From: Acidobacterium sp. | GTDB taxonomy: Bacteria; Acidobacteriota; Vicinamibacteria; Vicinamibacterales; UBA2999 | Direction of reading: 5' to 3' | DNA length: 64,000 bases | Assembly: GCA_002737365.1 (NCBI GenBank) | Contig: NSIL01000004.1 | Location: 128,019-192,018 of the forward strand | Shown here: positions 8,893-17,752 of the stretch, one piece after another | How positions within the stretch are numbered: the stretch's first letter is position 1 | Layout of the letters: every line of letters starts with the position of its first letter | Position numbers and translations under genes: made by a program | Notes under the pieces: generated by a model | Databases searched by the model: none | What the model was told of the DNA's origin: nothing | Seen by the model: only the letters and a program-made list of their open reading frames with translations

Positions 8893-10143
8893 ATGCTATT
8901 GACCATGTCGCAGCCGTGGTACCGCGAAGTCAGCCGTCAGCAGTGGAAAACCTTCCTCACCACGTTCGCCGCGTGGACGCTTGATGCCTTCGACTTCACC
9001 ATCCTCACGTTCGTCCTGATTGATATCCAGCAGAGCTTCACTGTGAACAAGGCGCTGGCCGGTGCGCTGGGCACGGTCACGCTCTTCTTCCGGGTGTTCG
9101 GCGGCATCGGCGCCGGGACACTCGCGGATCGCTTTGGCCGCAAGGGGCCAATTCTGTTCTCGATCGCGTGGTACACGACGTTTGCGCTGCTGAGCGGCAT
9201 GTCGACGTCCTACGTGATGTTGTTCTCCATGCGGGGCCTCTTCGGCATCGGCATGGGCGGGATGTGGGCCGCCGGTATGCCGCTGGCCCTCGAGCAATGG
9301 CCCGCGAAACATCGCGGCCTCGCCTCCGGAATTCTGCAGGGCGGATACTCCACCGGATTCCTGCTGTCGTCGATCGTTTATCAACTGGCGTACCCGCTGG
9401 TGAGCGATCGGCCCGAGTGGGCGTGGCGCTTCATGCTGTGGGCCGGCGTCGTGCCGGCGATGATCGTGTTTGGCTTGATGTGGCGCGTGCCGGAAAGTCC
9501 GGTCTGGCTGGAAGATCAGCGCAGGCAGGCGGCCGCTGGCGGTATCCGTCGCTTGTCGTTGGCGCGGTTGTTCGACCAAGATCTTCGGTGGGTGACGCTG
9601 CATACATCACTCCTGATGGGCGCATTCGTCTTCATGTACCAGTCATCGACCTTCTGGTATCCGACGCTGCTGACGCAACTGCAGCAGAAGCCGCTGGCGT
9701 TCCTGGTCCTGCTCAACCTCGGCGGCTCCGTCGGTTCCGGCGCATTCGGATATTTGTCGGAGAAGATCGGCCGGCGCGGCTCGGCCACCGTCGGCGTGGT
9801 CGGCGGCCTGTTGTCGGTGTACATGTTCCTGTATTCAACGAGCTCTGCGGGACTGCTGGCCGGAGCGGCGATCTTTGGGACGATGTCGATCGGCGGATGG
9901 GGAATGGTTCCGGGGTATCTCGCCGAGCGATTTCCGACCGATGCGCGCGGCGTCGGCACGGGGTTCGCCTATCACCTCGGGGTTGGCCTCGCCGCCTCGT
10001 CGCCCTACATCGTGGGCACGTTGCAGGATGGCGGCATGGATCTGCGCAAGGCCATGTTGATGTGCATCGTCGGCGGCGCCACGTCGATCCTGTTGCTGTT
10101 GTGGATGGGCCCAGAGACCCGGGGCCGCGAACTCAATAGTTGA
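8893..10143 (+). CDS. MFS transporter
   Basis: 416 aa, about 12 TM. MFS loop motif GTLADRFGRKGP between TM2 and TM3. The start could be ATG 8893 or 8905. Confidence 0.85.
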   Translation: MLLTMSQPWYREVSRQQWKTFLTTFAAWTLDAFDFTILTFVLIDIQQSFTVNKALAGALGTVTLFFRVFGGIGAGTLADRFGRKGPILFSIAWYTTFALLSGMSTSYVMLFSMRGLFGIGMGGMWAAGMPLALEQWPAKHRGLASGILQGGYSTGFLLSSIVYQLAYPLVSDRPEWAWRFMLWAGVVPAMIVFGLMWRVPESPVWLEDQRRQAAAGGIRRLSLARLFDQDLRWVTLHTSLLMGAFVFMYQSSTFWYPTLLTQLQQKPLAFLVLLNLGGSVGSGAFGYLSEKIGRRGSATVGVVGGLLSVYMFLYSTSSAGLLAGAAIFGTMSIGGWGMVPGYLAERFPTDARGVGTGFAYHLGVGLAASSPYIVGTLQDGGMDLRKAMLMCIVGGATSILLLLWMGPETRGRELNS

Positions 10144-10202
10144 AAGTTGACAGTTTAAGTAATTACTTCAACGACCAACTGCCAACGTTCAAGTCTCAAC
10201 TT

Positions 10203-11594
10203 CTAGGCCAGCGCCTTGATGATGTCCCAGCGCGTGATGATGTAGGTCGCGTCGAGCTTGAAGTCCCTCACCAGCACCGCCGGGCTTCCCGGTGTCAACA
10301 TCGCCGCCAGCGCATCGACGCTCGTGGAGATGTCGGCGAAGGGGATGGCGGGTTGCATGATGCCTTCCACTGGCCCGTGCAGCACATCGGGATTCTTGAC
10401 GATCTCTGAGTAAAGATAGCCTTCGTTCACCGAACCTACCAGGCGGCCATCAGCCGTCACGGGAATCTGGGAGTAGGCGTGCTCGGTCAGGATGTGGGCG
10501 GCCTTCTCGACGGTGTCGTTCCGATCGATGGTGACGAGTGACGCCTTCAGCCGGTTGGCGACCAGGTCGCGCGCCGTCAGGCCCTTGCGGTCGACAAAGC
10601 CTTTTTCGCGCATCCAGTCGGGGTTGTACATCTTGCCCAGGTAACGCGTGCCGTGGTCGTGGAAGATCACGACTACGGTTTCGCCTTTCTTGAAGTGGTC
10701 GGCAAGCTGGATCAGCCCGGCCATGGCCGAGCCTGCGGAGTTGCCGGCGAAGATGCCCTCTTCGCGCGCAATTCTTCCGGTCATGATCGCCGCGTCGCGG
10801 TCGGTCACCTTCTCGAAGTGATCGATCAGGTTGAAGTCGACGTTTTTCGGCAGAAAGTCTTCACCGATACCCTCAGTGATGTAGGGATAAATCTCGTTCT
10901 TGTCGAAGATCCCGGTCTCTTTGTATTTCTTGAACACCGAGCCGTAGGTGTCGATGCCCCAGGCCTTGACCGAGGGCTTCTTTTCTTTCAGGTACTTCGC
11001 GGTGCCGCAGATGGTGCCGCCCGTGCCCACACCGACCACCAGGTGGTCGACCGTACCGTCGGTCTGGTCCCAAATTTCCGGTCCGGTCTGCTCGTAGTGG
11101 GCCTGCGCGTTCGACGGGTTGTCGTACTGGTTAGCCTTCCACGAATTCGGCGTGTCGCGCTCGAGTCGTGACGACACTGAGTAGTACGACCGCGGATCCT
11201 CTGGGTCGACGTCGGTGGGGCAGACAATCACTTCAGCCCCGAACGCCCGCAGCGCATCCACCTTCTCCTTCGACTGCTTGTCGGTGGTGGTGAACACACA
11301 CTTGTAGCCCTTGACCACTGCGGCGATGGCCAGGCCCATGCCGGTGTTGCCCGAGGTGCCTTCGATGATGGTGCCGCCGGGCTTGAGCTTGCCCGCCTGC
11401 TCGGCGTCCTCGATCATCTGCAACGCCATGCGGTCCTTGGTCGAGTTACCCGGGTTGACGGTTTCGATCTTGGCGTAGACGTCGGCCGCGATCAGCCCTT
11501 TCGGGATTCGGTTGAGGCGGACCATCGGCGTGTTGCCGATGGTCTCGAGGATGTTGTCGTGGAGCTTCTTGGCCATGCCGGTCGTTGTCATCAT
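10203..11594 (-). CDS. cystathionine beta-synthase-like PLP enzyme (CysK/CBS fold plus C-terminal CBS-domain pair)
   Basis: 463 aa. PLP-lysine block NPGNSTKDRMAL, GTSGNTG loop, and an added C-terminal region of about 120 aa typical of a CBS pair. Confidence 0.85.
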   Translation of the reverse strand: MMTTTGMAKKLHDNILETIGNTPMVRLNRIPKGLIAADVYAKIETVNPGNSTKDRMALQMIEDAEQAGKLKPGGTIIEGTSGNTGMGLAIAAVVKGYKCVFTTTDKQSKEKVDALRAFGAEVIVCPTDVDPEDPRSYYSVSSRLERDTPNSWKANQYDNPSNAQAHYEQTGPEIWDQTDGTVDHLVVGVGTGGTICGTAKYLKEKKPSVKAWGIDTYGSVFKKYKETGIFDKNEIYPYITEGIGEDFLPKNVDFNLIDHFEKVTDRDAAIMTGRIAREEGIFAGNSAGSAMAGLIQLADHFKKGETVVVIFHDHGTRYLGKMYNPDWMREKGFVDRKGLTARDLVANRLKASLVTIDRNDTVEKAAHILTEHAYSQIPVTADGRLVGSVNEGYLYSEIVKNPDVLHGPVEGIMQPAIPFADISTSVDALAAMLTPGSPAVLVRDFKLDATYIITRWDIIKALA

Positions 11595-11659
11595 ACCCGC
11601 ACGACATTACCGGCACACCGTGGCGACAAACCTTCAGGTTTGTCGTTTGTCGTGCCGTG

Positions 11660-11920
11660 TCACCCGCCGGTGAGCACTTCTGGTGCGAGGCCGAAGCAGG
11701 GCAGCACCGTGGATTCGATGGGCGCGAGGCCTCGGCAGGTGTGGCTGGACAGGACGCCGATGTTGGTGAGCTGCAGCACTTCGATCTCCCGGGTCAACTG
11801 GTGCACCAACCAGCTTTCCTGCACGCCGTAGTGGTTGCACCAGCGGATGCGCTCCTGCAGGGCGCCGACGCGCGGGTGGGGCGACATGACCTCCAGCGGC
11901 GGGTCTTCAGACCCGCCTGG
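11660..11920 (-). pseudogene. C-terminal remnant of a Uma2-family (DUF820) endonuclease gene
   Basis: In-frame translation ...DPPLEVMSPHPRVGALQERIRWCNHYGVQESWLVHQLTREIEVLQL...STVLPCFGLAPEVL matches the Uma2 C-terminal pattern (EV.SPS...K...Y...GV.E.WLVD...V.V...LPGF.L). The N-terminal ~100 aa are absent. The frame opens right after the stop of the upstream gene. Confidence 0.5.
11898..11917 (-). terminator. perfect 8-bp stem / 4-nt loop hairpin just downstream of the cupin gene stop
   Basis: GGCGGGTC-TTCA-GACCCGCC. It begins 4 nt past the TAA (11921-11923) on the minus strand and has no U-tract. A second AGACCCGCC copy at 11922-11930 overlaps the stop codon. Confidence 0.4.
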
Positions 11921-12574
11921 TTAGACCCGCCGCTCCGCGCACTTCGCGTTGCTGTAGCCGGAGCGGAACGGAGTAACGATGCCCGATTGGGCGTCGAAGC
12001 GATGGCGCGTCACGCATGCGGTGTCGTTCGCCAGCAGGTGAATGGACACCGACGGACCCCTCGACACGGTCTTCACGTAATGAATGTCGTCCAGCGGCGG
12101 CAGCAGCGTGTAAAACTCGCCGCGCTTCACCGTCTGCTGGCGCGCCACGGCCAGCGTGGCTCGCCCATCATCGCTGCCATCGTCCAGGCGACGATACACC
12201 GTCTCTGACTGCCGGCCGCGATAGACGCCGATCAGGCCCCAGGCGAGGTGATCGTGAATGGGCGTCTCGGCGCCGGCGGGAATGACGAGCGAGAACAGGC
12301 AGAGCGAGCCGTCCTCCGCGCGATAGAGCGCGTACTGCCCGATGCCGCTGCCCATGCCGCTCGCGAGATCGGGCTCGGCGTATTTCCTCGGGAGCCAGCC
12401 ATCGGCGCCGAGCAGCTTACCGAACGCCGGCCGCAGCGCCTCAACGCGGGCAGCGGTATCGGGAATGTCGTGCGTCAGCCGGCGAGTCTCGTCAACGAGC
12501 GCGCGAATTTCCGGCGCATCGACGAGAAAGCCGAAGTCGGTGGCATGCGGGTGAGGATGGCCGAAATCGCACAT
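11921..12574 (-). CDS. cysteine dioxygenase type I-like cupin (thiol dioxygenase family)
   Basis: About 217 aa from ATG 12574. Cupin metal site pattern ETPIHDHLAWGLIGVYRG ... IHYV..., typical of bacterial CDO / 3-mercaptopropionate dioxygenase homologs. Confidence 0.7.
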   Translation of the reverse strand: MCDFGHPHPHATDFGFLVDAPEIRALVDETRRLTHDIPDTAARVEALRPAFGKLLGADGWLPRKYAEPDLASGMGSGIGQYALYRAEDGSLCLFSLVIPAGAETPIHDHLAWGLIGVYRGRQSETVYRRLDDGSDDGRATLAVARQQTVKRGEFYTLLPPLDDIHYVKTVSRGPSVSIHLLANDTACVTRHRFDAQSGIVTPFRSGYSNAKCAERRV

Positions 12575-12703
12575 TGCGAAAACTATCAACACAATCGGGG
12601 CAGACGTTGCCTTCGAGGAAAAAAGTGACCTTCGCCAGGTGAAGTGCCGGCCAACACATGCCTGTGATGATACGTCTCCGGCATCGTTCTTGTCAGACAG
12701 TTA

Positions 12704-12719
12704 TCCGCCTGAAGGCGGA
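12704..12719 (-). terminator. 6-bp stem hairpin downstream of the sortilin/BNR gene
   Basis: TCCGCC-TGAA-GGCGGA, 18 nt past the stop at 12737-12739. No U-tract. Confidence 0.3.
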
Positions 12720-12736
12720 CTACACACCGGCGGTGA

Positions 12737-15700
12737 TTAGCCGCCGATCTTCTTGAACTGCGCTTCGAGGGCCGCCAGTTCCTTCACGAGGTCGGCGTAG
12801 CGGTCGTAGGCGTCCTTGCCGACCTTTTGATCGGCCTGCGTGATCATGCGCTGCACGTTACCCAGCTGATCGACCAGCATGCCCTGCGTGTAGATGCCGG
12901 GCGTCGTGACGACCTTCGCGTAGAGCTCGCGCAACGGGTGATCGTACTTCGTGATGCCGGGCGAACTGCCCGGGCCGCCGGTTTCGAGCACTGGCTTGAG
13001 GCCGGCCTTCTGCATGGCCTGTTCGATGCCCTGCTGCAGCTTGCGCGCGTCGCTGATCGCATCGCGCACCTGCAACTGGAACTTCACCTGTTCGGCAATG
13101 TCGCCGTCGGTGACGCCGTCGGCGGCCAGGCGCGGATCGGACTTGAGGTCGAAGGTGCGCGTGATGGTCTGGCCACCGGCGGTCAGGCGGACGCTGTATT
13201 TGCCGGGCGGCACCATGGGTCCGCCGCCCCCGCCGTCGGGATTGGCCGCGGTCCACGGACCGGGATAGCGCAGGTCCCACGTCATGCGCTGCATCCCGGC
13301 TTCAGCGCGAATGCCAGCCGAGCCGCCGCTACCGCCGCGAAACGGTCCGCGCATCTCTGCTGTGGGGGCACCGGCGCTGCGCGGCGCCAGCACGTTCCAC
13401 GTCTTCAGCGCGCCGCCCTTGGCGTCAAGCACTTCAAGCTTGGTGTCAGCGCCGGGCGCGGTGGCGAAGTACAGATCGATCTGCGCGCCGGTCATCGGGT
13501 ACTCCGGCTCGTCTGGCGACGCCGCCGCGGTGCCATTGCGGAAGCGGATCACCTCGCGAGGCTGGAACAGCGCCACCGCGGGAAGCGCGCGGGTTTGTTC
13601 GGCGGGACTAAAGTCCCACCCTCCGGGCACGACGTACTCACCGCCGTCGTGACCGCCGGTTGCGCCGGGCGCCGCATTGGCCAGCGCCGCCAGTTGCTGC
13701 AGCGGCGTGATGTTGTCCATGATGTACGCCGACCGGCCCATCGTCGAGATCACCAGGTCATTGCGGTGCACTTTGATGTCGGTCACCGGCGTCGCCGGCA
13801 GGCTGTGCTGCAGCGACTGCCAGTTCTTGCCGCTGTTGAACGACACGAAGAAGCCGAACTCGGTGCCGGCATAGAGCAAGCCGGCCTGCTTCGGATCCTC
13901 GCGGACGACGCGGGTCGGGTGATCGATGGGGATGCCGTTCTTGCCGTCGGTCAGCAGCGTCCAAGACTCGCCGTAGTTGTCGGTGCGATAGATATAAGGC
14001 TTAAGGTCATGCTCGCGCATGAAGCGGTAGCCGGCGATGTAGGCGCGGCCCTTCATGTGCGGCGAGTCTTCGACGGTCTGGATGCGCGCGCCGAGCAGGT
14101 CATTTGGCGTGACGTTCTTCCAGGTCTTGCCGTTGTCGCGCGTCACGCTGACCGGACCGTCGTTGGCGCCCACCCAGATCACGCCCTTCTCGAGGCGCGA
14201 TTCGATCATGGCGTAAATCGTCGAGTAGACCTCTTCGCCCGTGACGTCGCGCGTGATCGGGTTGCCCGAAACGATCTGATACTGCGGCTCTTTCGCCGTC
14301 AGGTCTGGGCTGATGACCTCCCATGAAATGCCTTCATCGATCGAGCGGTGCAGCACGTGCGAGGCCTGGTAGATCACCCGTTCGTCGTGCGGCGAGACGT
14401 AGACCACCGTCTGGCGCGGGAAGCGGTACTTGATCTCGTCTGGATCGTGGCCGTAGCGGTTCTGCGGATAGACCCAGTAGTGCTTCTCCTGGCCCGTGGC
14501 CGTGTTGTAGCGGCCGACTTCACCCTTGCAGGCGCCCCACACCACCAGGCCGTTCTTCTTCGGCCAGATCTGGCCGGTCTCGCAGCCCGACGCCTGCTGC
14601 CACGCCTGCGCCGGGTGCTCGAAGCCCCACGACACCGGCGGAATGCTCGGGATGATCAGCGTGCTGTTGTCCTGCTGCGGCATGTAGAGGCGATACGGAT
14701 ATTGCTCGTCGACGGCCACCATGTAGTACTCGGCGGTCGGCTGATTGAGAATCGACGACCAGCTCTTCGCGCCGTTGAGGCTGACGTTGGCGCCACCGTC
14801 ATTGACCTGCAGAATGATGTTGGGGTTGTCGGGGTTGAACCACATGCCGTGGTTATCGCCGTGGGGCGTCGACACCGTCGCGAAGGTCTTGCCACCGTCG
14901 ACCGACTTCTGCAGACCCAGCTCGTTGACCCAGACGTCGTTTTCGTTCTTCGGATTGACGTTGACGTAGTGGAAATAGAACGGCCGCGCCCGCAGCCGCT
15001 GGCTGTTGTTGATGTTGGTCCAGGTCTCGCCGGCGTCGTTCGAGCGATACAGGCCGCCCTGGTTGCCCAGGCCCTCGACCATGGCGTAGAGCACGCGCGG
15101 GTTACTGCGCGCGATCTCGATGTCGATCTTGCCGATCAAATCCTTGGGCAGGCCGTTGGTGATGTGCTTCCACGTTTCGCCGCCATCGGTGGACTTGTAG
15201 ATGCCGCCTTCGCTGGCTGGGCCACCGCTGATAATGTCCCAGCCCTTGCGGAAGCCCTTGTACATCGCCGCGTAGAGAATGTCGGGGTTCTCCCAGTCCA
15301 CCTCGATGTCGCGACCGCCGGTCTCGTGGTTCACGAACAGCGTCTTCTTCCAGGTCTTGCCGGCGTCGGTGGTCTTGAAGATGCCGCGCTCGTCGTTTGG
15401 TCCGAAGGGGGAGCCGAGGGCCGCCAGCCACACCGTGTTGGTGTTGAACGGGTGCACCTTGATGCCGCCGATCTGGCCGGAGTCCTTCAGGCCCATGAAC
15501 TCCCACTTCTTGCCCGCGTCGGTCGACTTGTAAACCCCGCGGCCGATGATCACATTCGAGCGGATGGCGGCGCTGCCGGTCCCCACCCACACGTGATTCG
15601 GATTCGACGGCGCGACGTCGATCGAGCCAATCGACCCGGTGTCGATCTGCCCGTCGCTGACCGGCACCCACGAAATGCCCGCATCGTCGGTCTTCCAGAC

Positions 15701-15940
15701 CCCGCCGCCGACGCCGCCGAAGTAAAACGTGTGGGGCTGCTGGCGAACACCGGAGTAGGCCGTGACTCGGCCACCGCGCGTCGCGCCGACGCTGCGCCAC
15801 TTCAGGTCCTTGTAGGCGTTAGCCGGCACCACCTGGTTCGCGTTGCCTTGCGCATTCGCGCGTGAGTCAATTCCGGTGGAGTAGACGAGCAGGGCAAGTG
15901 CCACAGAGCCCAGGGCACGGACGAATGTCACACGGTTCAT
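12737..15940 (-). CDS. secreted sortilin/VPS10-type BNR-repeat protein (glycosyl-hydrolase-like beta-propeller)
   Basis: About 1067 aa. Repeated S-x-D-x-G-x-T-W (BNR/Asp-box) motifs: TDDAGISW, STDAGKKW, TTDAGKTW, STDGGETW, SNDAGETW, SVDGGKTF, TRDNGKTW. Signal peptide present. I prefer ATG 15940 with GAGG 7 nt upstream over the TTG at 15955. Confidence 0.88.
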   Translation of the reverse strand: MNRVTFVRALGSVALALLVYSTGIDSRANAQGNANQVVPANAYKDLKWRSVGATRGGRVTAYSGVRQQPHTFYFGGVGGGVWKTDDAGISWVPVSDGQIDTGSIGSIDVAPSNPNHVWVGTGSAAIRSNVIIGRGVYKSTDAGKKWEFMGLKDSGQIGGIKVHPFNTNTVWLAALGSPFGPNDERGIFKTTDAGKTWKKTLFVNHETGGRDIEVDWENPDILYAAMYKGFRKGWDIISGGPASEGGIYKSTDGGETWKHITNGLPKDLIGKIDIEIARSNPRVLYAMVEGLGNQGGLYRSNDAGETWTNINNSQRLRARPFYFHYVNVNPKNENDVWVNELGLQKSVDGGKTFATVSTPHGDNHGMWFNPDNPNIILQVNDGGANVSLNGAKSWSSILNQPTAEYYMVAVDEQYPYRLYMPQQDNSTLIIPSIPPVSWGFEHPAQAWQQASGCETGQIWPKKNGLVVWGACKGEVGRYNTATGQEKHYWVYPQNRYGHDPDEIKYRFPRQTVVYVSPHDERVIYQASHVLHRSIDEGISWEVISPDLTAKEPQYQIVSGNPITRDVTGEEVYSTIYAMIESRLEKGVIWVGANDGPVSVTRDNGKTWKNVTPNDLLGARIQTVEDSPHMKGRAYIAGYRFMREHDLKPYIYRTDNYGESWTLLTDGKNGIPIDHPTRVVREDPKQAGLLYAGTEFGFFVSFNSGKNWQSLQHSLPATPVTDIKVHRNDLVISTMGRSAYIMDNITPLQQLAALANAAPGATGGHDGGEYVVPGGWDFSPAEQTRALPAVALFQPREVIRFRNGTAAASPDEPEYPMTGAQIDLYFATAPGADTKLEVLDAKGGALKTWNVLAPRSAGAPTAEMRGPFRGGSGGSAGIRAEAGMQRMTWDLRYPGPWTAANPDGGGGGPMVPPGKYSVRLTAGGQTITRTFDLKSDPRLAADGVTDGDIAEQVKFQLQVRDAISDARKLQQGIEQAMQKAGLKPVLETGGPGSSPGITKYDHPLRELYAKVVTTPGIYTQGMLVDQLGNVQRMITQADQKVGKDAYDRYADLVKELAALEAQFKKIGG

Positions 15941-15991
15941 GGTCAACCTCAGCAAAACGGAGCCAGATAGTAGACCGAGAGTATAGCGGGA

Positions 15992-16579
15992 CTATTCGCT
16001 GCTGCTCAGACCCGCCCAGCGTGTTGTCTCGATGTGTATCCCGAGCTGATCGAGCAACCGGACGCAGGTGTAGTTGACCATGTCGTCGATCGTCTTCGGC
16101 CGCGAGTAGAGCGCCGGCATGGGCGGCGAGATCACCACGCCCATGCGCGACAGCTTCAGCATGTTCTCGAGGTGGATCTCGCTGAGCGGCGCTTCGCGCA
16201 CGGCCAGCACCAGCTTGCGGCGTTCCTTCAGCACGACATCAGCGGCGCGATGAATCAGGTTGTCGCCCAGGCCGTGGGCGATGGCGGCCAGCGTGCGCAC
16301 GCTGCACGGCGCGATCACCATGCCCATGGTGACGAATGACCCGCTCGAAATGGTCGCGCCCTGGTCGGTGAGGGGGTGGACGACGGTGGCCAGCTTCGTC
16401 ACCTGCTCCGGGGTGTAGCTGGTTTCGTGAACCAGCGTGCGGGCGCCCCAGCGGCTCATCACCAGGTGCGTCTCAATGCCGGTGCTCTGGAGCATTTCCA
16501 GTAGCCGCACGCCGTAGATGGTGCCGCTGGCGCCGGTGATAGCGACGATCAGCCGTTGAGGAGTATTACTGGTCTGCAT
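15992..16579 (-). CDS. ubiX: flavin prenyltransferase UbiX
   Basis: 195 aa. RLIVAITGASGTIYGVRLLE N-terminus plus conserved ...MVIAPCS..TLAAIAHG..DNLI.RAADV.LKERR.LVL..RE.PL... blocks. Confidence 0.9.
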   Translation of the reverse strand: MQTSNTPQRLIVAITGASGTIYGVRLLEMLQSTGIETHLVMSRWGARTLVHETSYTPEQVTKLATVVHPLTDQGATISSGSFVTMGMVIAPCSVRTLAAIAHGLGDNLIHRAADVVLKERRKLVLAVREAPLSEIHLENMLKLSRMGVVISPPMPALYSRPKTIDDMVNYTCVRLLDQLGIHIETTRWAGLSSSE

Positions 16580-16669
16580 GTAATTTACGTTGGTCTAGCA
16601 AATGTAACATCGGTGTAACACGCCGCCAGGCTGCTTCAGGCACTATACTGTTCAGTAATCAATCGTTTC

Positions 16670-17752
16670 ATGATTCGCTACCTCATTATTGCTCTGGGCC
16701 TGATGTTGTGCGTGACCACCTCGTCCGCGTCCGCGCAGACGGCCACCCCTCAACCGACGGCCAAGCCCGCCGCCGCGCCGCCACCGGCGATTCGCCGCTG
16801 GGTTGACGTGCAGCAATTGTCGTTTGGTGGCCGGTTTCGCTGGTTCGAGAACAGTTCCGGCCGGCTGGTATCGAGCACGCTGCAATGGCAGCCGCAGATT
16901 CGCGCCCGCTTCCTGTTCGACAAGGCCGCCAAGTACAGCATCAACGGCTTTGCCTCGAGTGGTCTGACGTTCCCATCCAGCTGGAACAATACGGGTGGTG
17001 GCCTCGGCACGTTCTCCGGCGCCTTCAACCTCAAGCAACTGTTCGCGCAGGCGGAGCCGAAAAAAGGTCTCGAGTTCCAGGCCGGTGGCCTGTACATGAA
17101 CCGCGGCGAGATGGCAGAACACATCGCCTACGACAACGACGCCTTCATCGAGGGGGAGCGGGTGACCGTGAGGCCGGCCAAGGGATGGCTCAAGCAAGTG
17201 GCCGTCACCACCGGCTATCTCGGCGACTTCCGGGAGCCGAACGTGTTCAAGCGATTCGATCGCATGGACGACTGGAACTACGGTCAGGCATTGGTCGATG
17301 TCGGTCTCGGGCCACATATCGCGGCGTCAGTGGACTACACCTATGAGAACGGCCGCGACATCTGGCGCGAAGGCGTCAACTTCAAGTTGCCGTCATCGGT
17401 GAAACTGCTCACGTTGCTCAAGTTCGAGGCGTACCAGCGCATTGCCACGGTGGATGGCAACGGCTTCAACGCCTCGGCCGACCTGCGATGGAAACGCCTG
17501 GCCGTAACCGGCGGCGTGATGGCAGTGGATCCCTTCTACAGCACCAGAGAGGGACCCTACAACGGCGACCGCTACGAGACCGGCACCCGCTACTATTCAA
17601 TCTGGACGGTCGCGCTTATTCCCGAGCTGACGCTCCAGGCCTTCCACACCCAGGCGTTTGCCACCGACTTTCCAATCAACATCCAGCGCCGCTTCGACAT
17701 CATCCTGACCTTCAACCCGACCGCGACCCTCAAGCGCGCGCGAGTCTTCTAA
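16670..17752 (+). CDS. hypothetical secreted protein, probable outer-membrane beta-barrel
   Basis: 360 aa. Signal peptide MIRYLIIALGLMLCVTTSSASAQ, alternating amphipathic strands rich in aromatics and Gly, and a C-terminal Phe (...RARVF). Confidence 0.6.
   Translation: MIRYLIIALGLMLCVTTSSASAQTATPQPTAKPAAAPPPAIRRWVDVQQLSFGGRFRWFENSSGRLVSSTLQWQPQIRARFLFDKAAKYSINGFASSGLTFPSSWNNTGGGLGTFSGAFNLKQLFAQAEPKKGLEFQAGGLYMNRGEMAEHIAYDNDAFIEGERVTVRPAKGWLKQVAVTTGYLGDFREPNVFKRFDRMDDWNYGQALVDVGLGPHIAASVDYTYENGRDIWREGVNFKLPSSVKLLTLLKFEAYQRIATVDGNGFNASADLRWKRLAVTGGVMAVDPFYSTREGPYNGDRYETGTRYYSIWTVALIPELTLQAFHTQAFATDFPINIQRRFDIILTFNPTATLKRARVF

Noticed and set aside
10140-10203. AT-rich convergent spacer with a 7-bp inverted repeat (AAGTTGA ... 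TCAACTT)
   Set aside because: The arms are ~45 nt apart, with no stable stem or U-tract. This is weak evidence for a terminator and nothing else is notable.
12827-15865. 499-aa and 505-aa plus-strand ORFs (12827..14326, 14348..15865)
   Set aside because: Both are antisense to the BNR/sortilin gene, whose repeated Asp-box motifs validate the minus frame. They are Arg/Ala/His-rich and low-complexity.
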